A DNA stretch of 64,000 nucleotides from Nitrospiria bacterium (GTDB taxonomy: Bacteria > Nitrospirota > Nitrospiria > DASWJH01): the NCBI GenBank assembly GCA_036397255.1, contig DASWJH010000048.1, forward strand, positions 4,172 through 68,171, in the 5' to 3' direction. A program made the translations under genes and the position numbers. The first letter of the stretch is position 1. The number at the start of each line of letters is the position of its first letter. The notes beneath the pieces are model-generated. The model was not told the DNA's origin. It searched no databases and saw only the letters and a list, made by a program, of their open reading frames with translations. This document shows, one piece after another, positions 1 through 8,686 of this stretch.

Positions 1-126
1 GAAAAAGGTATAAAATATTATTTTGCAGTAACAGCTTACGACTTATCCGGGAACGAGAGCGGGTTTTCGGAGGAGAGATCAAAAATAATACAACTAGGAG
101 GAGAATCAAATGAAAAACATAATTAA
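1..126 (+). CDS. 3' end of an upstream gene, truncated by the window edge, whose C-terminus looks like the end of a fibronectin-III-type domain
   Basis: Frame 1 reads ...YYFAVTAYDLSGNESGFSEE... and stops at 124-126. The Y-x-F-x-V-x-A-x-D-x-x-GNES pattern is the typical last beta-strand of an FN3 domain. It overlaps the ATG of the next gene. Confidence 0.4.
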   Translation, partial: EKGIKYYFAVTAYDLSGNESGFSEERSKIIQLGGESNEKHN

Positions 127-1909
127 AGGAAAAAATAAGCGAGGGAAATTTAATTTTACCGCTCTCAAACTTTTCTTCTCTCTAATAGGATTTCTACTTC
201 TGATTCCAAGTTTATCCTTTGCTGCCCCCGTTATTTTTTATACCGATATCACCAGTGGCCCTAATACGGGAGGAGAGAACAATAACGGGATCTATCTGTC
301 CATTTTTGGAAAGGGTTTCGGAACAGTTAAGGGAACATCAACCGTTAAAATTAATGGAACCGAGGTTGCGACATACAAGCAATGGGGAGCACAATCACGC
401 GTCTTTGATTCTCACGGGATCCGAGTTATCACCGTCCAACCGGGTGCTAATGTAAGTGGAGGGCCAATTGTTGTAACGGTCAATGGTGAAGTTTCAAATA
501 ACGATCACACTTTTACTGTTCGATCTGGGGATATTTTCTTCACTGACTGGAATAACGGGAACGACGCAAACGATGGGAGTTTTGGAAATCCGAAAAAATC
601 CGCACAAGCGGTGTTTGATGATAGAGCCAATTTCGGACCTGGAGATACAATTATTTTGATGGGTGGAAATTATGAACAGAAACAAGATGGCCGTGATTAT
701 TTTATGATATTTGAGGATTATCCAATAGGTTCTGAAAACAACCCGACGACGGTCATGGGTTATCCAGGGCAAGACGTATTTATAGATATGCGTACTGCCA
801 ATCCCAGTGGAGGGTATGCGCTGTTTGGAGCTTACACGGTTTCCTCCCAAAACGAAGGACTTGTTCTTTCAAATTTTCGTGGTGATAGTGGAGGAGACAG
901 TGCATTGATTATGAGAGAAACGGCTTATGTAAGATTGGTAAATGCTGAAATAGAAGGTATGTCTAAAACTGGAAGCGGAACAGGAATGATTAGCAGTCAT
1001 GGCGATTACTGGAAAATATTCGGAAATGAGATCCATAACAGCGGAGAGAATAAATTTTACCATGCAATTTATTGGAGCGATCAGGGGCACGACAATGAGA
1101 TTGCTTGGAATTATGTTCACAATATCCGTGGCGGTAGGGGTCTGCAGACTTACGATGCTGGACCTGGTCCGTTTTATAATTATACGATTCATGATAATAT
1201 ATGGCATGACATTGATAGAGATGCAATGGGATTTGGAGGGCCAAGCACAACTGGTTTTAAAATCTACAATAACATTATCTATCGAACTGGACTAGGAACT
1301 GCACCGTATGGTGGAGGGGATGGAGGCAATGGCGGTTCAAGTGGAATCCGTTTTGGAACCTCGGGTACGGTAGCAGAGGTGTATAATAATACCCTGTTTG
1401 ACAATCATTCATTCTCTGGGGCATTTTTTCTGGAATCATTTTCGAGTTTAACAATTAAAAACAATGTAATATTTGCCAACACCTGTAATAGAAATGATAG
1501 TTCGGGAAAAGACCCGGCTGACCCGGCTGGATGCACCGATAGCAACGGGCAATATTTCTATAACGATTTCGGTAAGGATACAAGTAAAATAACGGCAAGC
1601 AACAATGTTTGGTATTCATCTATTCAACCTCCAAGACAAGCTGCTCCGTCATGGGATACTAATCCAATAATACTCAACCCGCAATTTGTTGATCCAACCC
1701 AACCCGCCAGAAACTTCCACCTCCAACCAAGCAGCCCGGTCATCAACGTGGGGGCGCCTACTTCGATTACGAGGGATTTTGATGGAACAATAAGACCCCA
1801 AGGAAATGCTTTCGATATTGGCGCTTATGAATTTTGTGCATCCAACTGCCCTGTGGTTGATACTATTCCCCCAGGAATCCCGACAGGGTTCAATGTTACT
1901 GTAAAATAA
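110..1909 (+). CDS. secreted right-handed parallel beta-helix repeat protein (pectate-lyase-like fold; candidate polysaccharide-active enzyme or surface protein)
   Basis: The N-terminus has a Lys-rich n-region, a hydrophobic core and SFA-AP, which reads as a signal peptide. Periodic Asn-rich repeats (NNIIYRTG, HDNIWHD, YNNTLFDN, KNNVIFAN, SNNVWYSS) are typical of PbH1 beta-helix coils. AGGAGG lies 8 nt upstream of the ATG. The protein ends PPGIPTGFNVTVK, with no PEP-CTERM tail. Confidence 0.6.
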   Translation: MKNIIKGKNKRGKFNFTALKLFFSLIGFLLLIPSLSFAAPVIFYTDITSGPNTGGENNNGIYLSIFGKGFGTVKGTSTVKINGTEVATYKQWGAQSRVFDSHGIRVITVQPGANVSGGPIVVTVNGEVSNNDHTFTVRSGDIFFTDWNNGNDANDGSFGNPKKSAQAVFDDRANFGPGDTIILMGGNYEQKQDGRDYFMIFEDYPIGSENNPTTVMGYPGQDVFIDMRTANPSGGYALFGAYTVSSQNEGLVLSNFRGDSGGDSALIMRETAYVRLVNAEIEGMSKTGSGTGMISSHGDYWKIFGNEIHNSGENKFYHAIYWSDQGHDNEIAWNYVHNIRGGRGLQTYDAGPGPFYNYTIHDNIWHDIDRDAMGFGGPSTTGFKIYNNIIYRTGLGTAPYGGGDGGNGGSSGIRFGTSGTVAEVYNNTLFDNHSFSGAFFLESFSSLTIKNNVIFANTCNRNDSSGKDPADPAGCTDSNGQYFYNDFGKDTSKITASNNVWYSSIQPPRQAAPSWDTNPIILNPQFVDPTQPARNFHLQPSSPVINVGAPTSITRDFDGTIRPQGNAFDIGAYEFCASNCPVVDTIPPGIPTGFNVTVK

Positions 1910-1939
1910 ACTTGTTGTTTTATAAGGGCTGGTCGATAT

Positions 1940-1979
1940 CTAAATAAATAAAAAATCCTTTAATGCTCAAATTGAGCTA
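1940..1979. terminator. candidate weak bidirectional terminator between convergent genes
   Basis: A short hairpin gctca-aat-tgagc sits at 1965-1977 and overlaps the stop codon of the 1977..2780 gene. A T-run (ttttttatttattt) follows about 10 nt later on the minus strand. The stem is only 5 bp, so this is weak. Confidence 0.2.
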
Positions 1980-2780
1980 TAAAAGGCGTTTTCCCATACT
2001 TCGGAATTGTTTAACATCGCTCGATTTAGGAAAGGAAAAATAGGAAGTCTGGGTCTTTTCCGGCTCCTGGAATACAACCCTTCCTTGCTTAATATTTTCC
2101 AATATTTCGATCAGGTAAAGGGCACCTAAAGTTTTAGTCCGTTTGATGAGCATATCAAGCGATTCATGTGGGTTGATCTCAAATTCCCTTTGTAATAAAA
2201 ATTTCCCTCGATCCACCTCCTGATCCATTGTATGGATGGTAATTGCCGAAAATTTTTCGTTATGATACATTGCCCAAAAATTTGGGAGCATTCCTCTATA
2301 TTTTGGAAGTTTCGCATTATGTATATTAATGCACCCCCATTTAGGAACATTCAGTATTGCTTCTTTAAATATTTGGGGGGCAGCAACAGATACAATCACA
2401 TCAACCTTCATATCATTTAATCGTTTTATCATCTCTGAATCGTTAATATTTTTGCAGCGAATAACTTTTATTTTATAATAATTGCAAAGGTGCTCAATAT
2501 TAAAAAACGTTTTAAAGTAGATTTTCCCTAACAATGCTCCCAACATCTTATTTTTTGCGTACCGTAACCCTATCCGAAAAAAGTCAACCGGCCCATAAAA
2601 ACCATACATCTGCTTTATCAATTTGGTGATACTCTTTCCCATTGTTCTACATATAATCAAACCTTGAATTTCATAAAGGTTCTTATAGTTATTGAAAAAA
2701 GTTTCAAAGAATATCCTGATATAAAAAGGATCCTCCTGGGTGACAAAAACGATCTTCATGCTTTCCTCACTGTTTCCCAA
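1977..2780 (-). CDS. formyltransferase-domain protein (Fmt/ArnA-N-like; probably a sugar N-formyltransferase)
   Basis: The block VDVIVSVAAPQIF...INIHNAKLPKYRGMLPNFWAMYHNEKFSAITIHTMDQEVDRG matches the formyltransferase core (the H-x-SLLP-x-x-RG motif, the catalytic His and the downstream Asp). It is the last gene of the EPS locus. Confidence 0.65.
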   Translation of the reverse strand: MGNSEESMKIVFVTQEDPFYIRIFFETFFNNYKNLYEIQGLIICRTMGKSITKLIKQMYGFYGPVDFFRIGLRYAKNKMLGALLGKIYFKTFFNIEHLCNYYKIKVIRCKNINDSEMIKRLNDMKVDVIVSVAAPQIFKEAILNVPKWGCINIHNAKLPKYRGMLPNFWAMYHNEKFSAITIHTMDQEVDRGKFLLQREFEINPHESLDMLIKRTKTLGALYLIEILENIKQGRVVFQEPEKTQTSYFSFPKSSDVKQFRSMGKRLL

Positions 2781-3913
2781 ACACTCTTTTTCTCCCCCTT
2801 TAAAATATTAAAAAGGCCCATTAAACAAGCAATATTCACCACACAAAAATAAAGAGGCATGGAAAGAATCCTAACTTTTCCTCCCTTTTTGTCAATAAAC
2901 CATCCCGCAAGCGCCAATAGATATAAACTGAATTGCATGTAGAAAGTGGTATTGTAAAACCAGGGACCCAATAAAAACCAATTCAAGATAAATAATGCAA
3001 TCATCAAAAGGGGAACCAACCAGCGCAGAACCTTATGTGAGATTAATTGGAACGAAACAAACCCATATTTAAAGGGGTTTAACAAGGCTCGCATATGGAG
3101 AATGCCATTCATCCCCCGAGTAATCACTCTGATTCTCATTTTAAATTCCTCAGAGGACCCCTCCGTTGTCGTCTCAAATGCAATTGCTTCTTTTTCAAAT
3201 GCGATTCGATACCCTTTTTCAAGAATTTTTAAGGGTTCCACCAAATCGCTAATGATATCTCTTTTCAACGGTTCATAAAGATCCCTTCGGACGGAATAAA
3301 TACAACCACAGCAACCCGTTATGGTTTTAATGCGGGTTTGGCAAGATTTAATGAAATTCTCATATTTCCAAAAAAATATAGTTGCTATCCCCATTGCCGA
3401 CCCCTTTTTGGTAATATAATTATACCTCCCGCTGACAGCCCCAATGGTGGGATCCGCATAATTTCGAACAATTTTCCGGATGGCATCTCTTCTATATTCC
3501 GTTGTTGCATCTGAAAAAACAATAATCTCTCCCTTTGCATTTATAACGGCTTGGTTTTGGGTTTCGGTTTTACCAACCCTTCCCTCCACCCGGAGCAATC
3601 TAATATTTTCATACTTCCTACGGTATTCATTTACAATCTGATCGGTTCGGTCCGTTGAACCATCCGAAGCAACTAAAATTTCTATTTTAGAAGGAGGATA
3701 TTCCAAATCTTCTGCGTTTTCGAGTTTTTTGCCAATATCTTTCTCTTCATTATAGGCTGTAATCAAAAGGGTTACCGTGGGTTCATATTTATCATTTTTC
3801 TTAACAGGATTTCGAACAAAAATTGAAAACAGGAAAATTGAGAGTGTATACCCCACATAGACATAAAGGATCAGACCCAAGGTAATCCAAAAAAATAAGG
3901 AAGCCATAATCAT
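2756..3913 (-). CDS. membrane-anchored family-2 glycosyltransferase
   Basis: An N-terminal TM helix is followed by LITAYNEE...VASDGSTDRT...VFSDATT (the DxD region) and C-terminal TM helices. This is a GT2 fold in a synthase-like arrangement. Confidence 0.75.
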   Translation of the reverse strand: MIMASLFFWITLGLILYVYVGYTLSIFLFSIFVRNPVKKNDKYEPTVTLLITAYNEEKDIGKKLENAEDLEYPPSKIEILVASDGSTDRTDQIVNEYRRKYENIRLLRVEGRVGKTETQNQAVINAKGEIIVFSDATTEYRRDAIRKIVRNYADPTIGAVSGRYNYITKKGSAMGIATIFFWKYENFIKSCQTRIKTITGCCGCIYSVRRDLYEPLKRDIISDLVEPLKILEKGYRIAFEKEAIAFETTTEGSSEEFKMRIRVITRGMNGILHMRALLNPFKYGFVSFQLISHKVLRWLVPLLMIALFILNWFLLGPWFYNTTFYMQFSLYLLALAGWFIDKKGGKVRILSMPLYFCVVNIACLMGLFNILKGEKKSVWETVRKA

Positions 3914-3929
3914 ACCCTCTTAAGCTTTT

Positions 3930-4568
3930 TTACAAATCATAAGGGAAAAATTCCGAAAGGTGGGGAAGCATTCTTTGAATAAAATCCCGGTGAAGTGATT
4001 TTTGTTTTTCAAACTCTTCAGGCATGAAATAAAAGGAAGAAATTTTAACTAAAGCAGCATCAGTTCTTTTATTCAATATTGCGTTTAATGCATATTTAAC
4101 TCTCCCTGATCTCTTCCCCACCACACCATAAGAATCAAGGAAAAAAGCATATGAAACCAGTGCAAAGCGATTATTTTTTTTAAAACTTGCCTGGTTAATT
4201 CTTAATGAATGTTTTCCCGAATGGACAATCTTTGTGGAGGTGTGGACCAAACCCCAATTTTTATCCGGTAAAATGTTTTGTCCCCCAAATATATTATTCC
4301 CATGTCTAAATTTACCCCAATAACCAATATATAAAGATAATATATTTTTTTTCTCGTCTTGAAAATTTCTTAAAAAGATTACACCATCAGGAATGATTAC
4401 AATATTTTCAAAGGTTTCTTCTTGACCAGTCTGGGTCCAATTTCCCAATGCTTCAGGAAAAAGTCCAAAACTTGCCCTCAACGGGGTTCCCTCTCCCAAA
4501 GGGAAAAATTCAACATAAAGGGCAGTGATGCCTAATAAAAAAATTACAATAATCCACTTTTGAATCAC
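3930..4568 (-). CDS. EpsI-family exosortase-associated protein (periplasmic, with a single N-terminal TM helix)
   Basis: It lies immediately downstream of the exosortase. It has an N-terminal TM helix (IIVIFLLGITALYV) and is about 200 aa, the size and position expected of EpsI. The similarity is judged by context and size, not by a strong motif. Confidence 0.45.
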   Translation of the reverse strand: MIQKWIIVIFLLGITALYVEFFPLGEGTPLRASFGLFPEALGNWTQTGQEETFENIVIIPDGVIFLRNFQDEKKNILSLYIGYWGKFRHGNNIFGGQNILPDKNWGLVHTSTKIVHSGKHSLRINQASFKKNNRFALVSYAFFLDSYGVVGKRSGRVKYALNAILNKRTDAALVKISSFYFMPEEFEKQKSLHRDFIQRMLPHLSEFFPYDL

Positions 4569-4598
4569 AAAAGTTACCTTTAAAAATTTTTCTATTGT

Positions 4599-5483
4599 TT
4601 ACTGGCCCTTTAAGGAAAATTTAAGCGGGACGTAAAAAAAACATTTTTTTATTACCCGATCAATGGCGAAGAAACCAACAATGCCAATTAAAATAACAAA
4701 AGTCCACGCATAGCCATGAAACCCATCTGCGATATCATTATTAAAATAATAGGAAATAAACCCGATGGCCGAAATTCTTAGAATATTTGCGGCGATCGCA
4801 AGCGGTATTGCCAAAAGAATAAAAAGGGTTCGAATATAATTGGAATGGTACCCTAAATAAGCAAACACCGAACTAATGGCAAGAAAGGATATGATGGTCT
4901 GCATTCCACTACATGCTTCTACGATTTCTAAAGAAAGTGATGATAGATGAATCACATGTCCTTCTAAAAAAACTGGGATCTGGGCCAAACCTAATATGAA
5001 ACTTGAACTTCCCGCAATAAAAAACTTTAGTTGATTTGCGACAAAATAATTAATGAAATATGGAATGGGTAACATAAAAACCAAATAGGAAATGGGGAAT
5101 AAAAGTGCCTTTAACATGGTAAATCCATAAAGTACGTAAATTATTCCTAATAGAATTGTTACCATCCCAATTCCTTCGATAAAAATCTGGTCAAGAAATT
5201 TTCCCCATATAAAAAGCGACAAACCACTAAAAAGATACAAAACGCTAAGGGAACTTGTTTTATTATTTTCATATTCATAAAGAAGGGAAGCAATTTTTTC
5301 CCGATGGATCCAAATTAGGTATACCGATACGATTGGAATCAAAAATCCATGAGAGAACTCCGGATCACTTCTCCACTCAAAAAATAGTGCCCCCCCCAGA
5401 GGATAAAATAACCAAATTAAAAGAATTGTCATTAACAAGTAGAACAAAACCTTAAATTTATTAAGATTAATGGAGTTACTCAT
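4599..5483 (-). CDS. exosortase (Xrt family transpeptidase)
   Basis: It is a polytopic membrane protein containing EIVEACSGMQTII (the conserved exosortase ACSG active-site Cys block) and a downstream Arg (NILRIS). Its start overlaps the upstream GT4 stop (ATGA). Confidence 0.75.
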   Translation of the reverse strand: MSNSINLNKFKVLFYLLMTILLIWLFYPLGGALFFEWRSDPEFSHGFLIPIVSVYLIWIHREKIASLLYEYENNKTSSLSVLYLFSGLSLFIWGKFLDQIFIEGIGMVTILLGIIYVLYGFTMLKALLFPISYLVFMLPIPYFINYFVANQLKFFIAGSSSFILGLAQIPVFLEGHVIHLSSLSLEIVEACSGMQTIISFLAISSVFAYLGYHSNYIRTLFILLAIPLAIAANILRISAIGFISYYFNNDIADGFHGYAWTFVILIGIVGFFAIDRVIKKCFFYVPLKFSLKGQ

Positions 5484-6727
5484 AATTTTTTAGAAAAAAA
5501 CCTATCTAAAGTTTTAATAAGTTTCTCTGAATCAACTTTCCAATTATATTTCATTTCCACAGCTTTTTTCCCGTTTATTCCATAACCAACTCTGGACTCG
5601 TCCCGCAGTAATTGAATTATTTTTTCACCTAAATCATTACTATCACCGTTTTTAAAAATAACGCCGCACTTTTCTTCTTGAACGATCCTTTGAAGGGGGA
5701 GGCAATCGGAAACCACAACGGGCTTGCCCATGGCCATGTAATCAAAAATTTTATTTGGAATCGTAGTATCCGTATGCTCACTCCGTGAATGAGGGATCGT
5801 GCAAACACTGCTTTTTTTAATTATATTTGGAATGAGAGAAAAATTAACCCACCCTTCAAAATGAACAGAATCCTTTATTCCCATTTTTTCCGCACAGTTT
5901 ATTAAATTCCGTTTCTCTGTTCCATCCCCAACAACCCGCAAAATCGCATTTGGAAACTCTTTTAATACTTTAAGCATCGCCTGGATCAAAATCTTTACCC
6001 CTCGATGTTTATCAATTTTCCCAACATACAAAATGCATGGGTTCAATTCGTCTCCATTAAAATTATCTCCTTGAATCTTTTCTTTTTTATCCAGAAACAA
6101 ATTTAAATTAGGTGTGTTCAAAATGCATGAAATCCTATCCTCCGAAAAACCCATTTTAATCAATCGAGTCTTTTGTTCTTCCGCAACAACAAGAATATGT
6201 TTCATGAACTTTAAAGCAAAATGTTCATAGGTTCGGGGTAACCACCCATTCAAAAAGAGAAAAGGCTTATATCTGGGGTTACCATAGGCAATCAGAGCCG
6301 CGGGATAATTCTCAGCCATGTCTAGGACAACAGGCTTTTTTAAAAATTTACCCAGGACCCCCACCATAAGGGCCAAGGGAAGATCTCGAACAACGATCAA
6401 ATCCACCGAATAGTGGGTAAGGACTTTATAGGTTTTGTAAATCCAAAAAGGGTTAAAAAATATAGGATAGGACAACCATCTAAACCTTACATCCAAAAAT
6501 TCTGACAATTTAAAATAGACACGGTGGATTTCCCCATAGGAAAAAGACTCCATTAACGGCAAATTCTTTTTCCCTCGAGAGATCACATGGATCTCATGGC
6601 CCCGCTCACCTAACCGGTTTATCATCTTTTCCAAACGAATATCCCAAGGATATATACAATGCCAAAGGAATGCTATAATTTCAAATTGTCCGTTATTTCT
6701 CTTCTCTTGATTTTTGAGAGGACTCAT
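5480..6727 (-). CDS. glycosyltransferase family 4 (GT-B, retaining)
   Basis: The C-terminal block EHTDTTIPNKIFDYMAMGKPVVVSD is the GT4 E-x7-E donor-binding motif. Confidence 0.8.
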   Translation of the reverse strand: MSPLKNQEKRNNGQFEIIAFLWHCIYPWDIRLEKMINRLGERGHEIHVISRGKKNLPLMESFSYGEIHRVYFKLSEFLDVRFRWLSYPIFFNPFWIYKTYKVLTHYSVDLIVVRDLPLALMVGVLGKFLKKPVVLDMAENYPAALIAYGNPRYKPFLFLNGWLPRTYEHFALKFMKHILVVAEEQKTRLIKMGFSEDRISCILNTPNLNLFLDKKEKIQGDNFNGDELNPCILYVGKIDKHRGVKILIQAMLKVLKEFPNAILRVVGDGTEKRNLINCAEKMGIKDSVHFEGWVNFSLIPNIIKKSSVCTIPHSRSEHTDTTIPNKIFDYMAMGKPVVVSDCLPLQRIVQEEKCGVIFKNGDSNDLGEKIIQLLRDESRVGYGINGKKAVEMKYNWKVDSEKLIKTLDRFFSKKL

Positions 6728-7493
6728 CTTTGGTCAATTTCCATAGTCTATGATAAAGGTCATTTCCAATAAGACTCTTTATGGCATTTTTCATTGTGTA
6801 CTCTACTTCCTTTTTTATAATATACTTTTTTTCCAATTTGACCATTTTCTCAAAAGTAGGAAAATCGGTATTTTCTGAAACGATTAATCTCCCTAAAATA
6901 GGAAATTTGCCGCTTCTCCATTTTACCCTTGGCAAAGATACACATACTGCTTTGTAACCCATCTTTTTGGAAATTTCCAAAACAGATTCAGTGAACCGGC
7001 CACCGGGACAGGAAAAAAAAGATACCTTCTTCCCGGTAATATCTTGTAAAATATCTTTTGATTTTTCCAGTTCTTCGTAGATCTGATCTGGTGCTAAATC
7101 ATTCAGAAATCTGTGGGTATGAGTATGAGATTGAATAGACATTTGATTCTTTGCCATTTCCTTAATATGGTTTTCTTCGAGTAAATCCTTTCCTTTCCCA
7201 ATGAATTGTGTGGCAATAAAAAATTCCCCAGAAAACCCATAGCTTTTTAATAAAGGAAGAGCTAAGGTATAGTTACTCAGTTGTGTATCATCAAAAGTGA
7301 TGACTATTTTTTTTTCAGGACCAAATCCATCCTTTTTTATAATTTGGAATAATTCTTCTAAAAGAATCGTTTGATACCCGCTAGATTTTAAAAAATCAAG
7401 TTGCCTTAAAAATTTATCCTTTGAAACGGCATAAGGGTGTACACTAATTTCTTTTTGCACAATCTCATGATACATTAAAATAGGAATAATCAT
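6693..7493 (-). CDS. polysaccharide deacetylase (NodB homology domain)
   Basis: It contains ILMYHEI...ITFDDTQLSNYTLALPLLKSYGFSGEFFI, which includes the NodB TFDD metal-binding motif. Confidence 0.75.
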   Translation of the reverse strand: MIIPILMYHEIVQKEISVHPYAVSKDKFLRQLDFLKSSGYQTILLEELFQIIKKDGFGPEKKIVITFDDTQLSNYTLALPLLKSYGFSGEFFIATQFIGKGKDLLEENHIKEMAKNQMSIQSHTHTHRFLNDLAPDQIYEELEKSKDILQDITGKKVSFFSCPGGRFTESVLEISKKMGYKAVCVSLPRVKWRSGKFPILGRLIVSENTDFPTFEKMVKLEKKYIIKKEVEYTMKNAIKSLIGNDLYHRLWKLTKDESSQKSREEK

Positions 7494-7525
7494 TTAGTTT
7501 TCAATCATAAATTGATAATCTTAAT

Positions 7526-8653
7526 TTATTTAGCTAATTTTTCTTCTAACATAAGAGCATCAGCGAAAAACTTTGTCGCCCAATTCGGAAATGCAAATCG
7601 CTGGTACCCGCCCCAGATCGGGTGGGATCCTGCAATCGCCCCTCTTATTCTGGGATCTTGAATGGACAATAGCTGTCGCTCCTTTAGAAAATTATTAATT
7701 TTCCTTGCCCCAACAAAAAATTTTTTATCTCCAATTATTTCAAAAAGCCGGAGGAAAATAATGGATATTTGGGCATTCCCTGTTAAACAAGAGAATTTAG
7801 ACCCAGTTTCCCAGTTAGGGCCAAAAGTGGCCGAAAAAGAACCGTCAGAATTCATGGAATGAAGTAATTGGGAAGCCGACGTAATAGCGCGATTTATATA
7901 TTGTTCTTCCTTTAAAATTTCTCCTGTTTCAAGAATCCCTCGTATCGTATAGGCAATGGTATGGGTATAGGGATAGGTATGGGTGGCCAGTTTGAAACCG
8001 GTTTTATCAAACCATCCATTGGTATTTTGATTTTTAAGGACCCATTCAATATTCTTCTGCGAAGCCTCCTTGTAAACTGGTTTTTTTGTTAGGATAAACA
8101 TTTGAGCCAATGCCCAAGCTACGCGGGAATAATATGAGTGGGGAATATTGTTATATGTATAAGTACTCCAGGACCCATCCTTATCCTGGACACTGACTAA
8201 CCAATCACTTGCTTTCTGTGCTGCTTCAAGATATTTTTCATCCTTCCCATGGGTATATAATCGGATTAATCCAAAAACAATCTGCCCGGTATCAAAAACA
8301 AATTTCCCTAACCGGGACCCCCAAGGCCCTCCAAAAAATGAACCATCCTTGTTTTGGATGGAAATCTCCCAATCCCCCATTCTAAAGGCTCGATCCAAAT
8401 ATTCATTGGAACCCGTCAACCGGGCATAATTTAAAAACGTCGGAATGATATACCCTGTTGTTTCCGGGTATGATGGAGACCATCCAAAAATTAAAGAATA
8501 CCTTAGGGAAACGCCATCGTCATCGGTGGCATCTTGAGCAGTGGACAACCAATCGATCGCAGCCTTAATTCGGCCAAAATTAAATAAATTTCTCTCGGTT
8601 TTTCTAATACCTTGTTCAATTAAAAAACATGTTATAAGGCCTTTAAGATTCAT
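7526..8653 (-). CDS. hypothetical protein with repeated aromatic-rich DGS[FW] motifs (possibly an alpha/alpha-toroid or prenyltransferase-like repeat fold)
   Basis: It contains NKDGSFFGGPWG, DKDGSWSTYTY and SDGSFSATFGPNWE repeats reminiscent of toroid repeat enzymes. I cannot place it in a named family from sequence alone. Confidence 0.3.
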   Translation of the reverse strand: MNLKGLITCFLIEQGIRKTERNLFNFGRIKAAIDWLSTAQDATDDDGVSLRYSLIFGWSPSYPETTGYIIPTFLNYARLTGSNEYLDRAFRMGDWEISIQNKDGSFFGGPWGSRLGKFVFDTGQIVFGLIRLYTHGKDEKYLEAAQKASDWLVSVQDKDGSWSTYTYNNIPHSYYSRVAWALAQMFILTKKPVYKEASQKNIEWVLKNQNTNGWFDKTGFKLATHTYPYTHTIAYTIRGILETGEILKEEQYINRAITSASQLLHSMNSDGSFSATFGPNWETGSKFSCLTGNAQISIIFLRLFEIIGDKKFFVGARKINNFLKERQLLSIQDPRIRGAIAGSHPIWGGYQRFAFPNWATKFFADALMLEEKLAK

Positions 8654-8686
8654 TTTTTGTTTTTGGTTTAAATGAGGGAATTTGGG

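Noticed and set aside
1511-1530. Direct repeat gacccggct-gacccggct
   Set aside because: It is an in-frame tandem duplication of three codons (D-P-A) inside ORF1. It is too short to be a meaningful repeat element.
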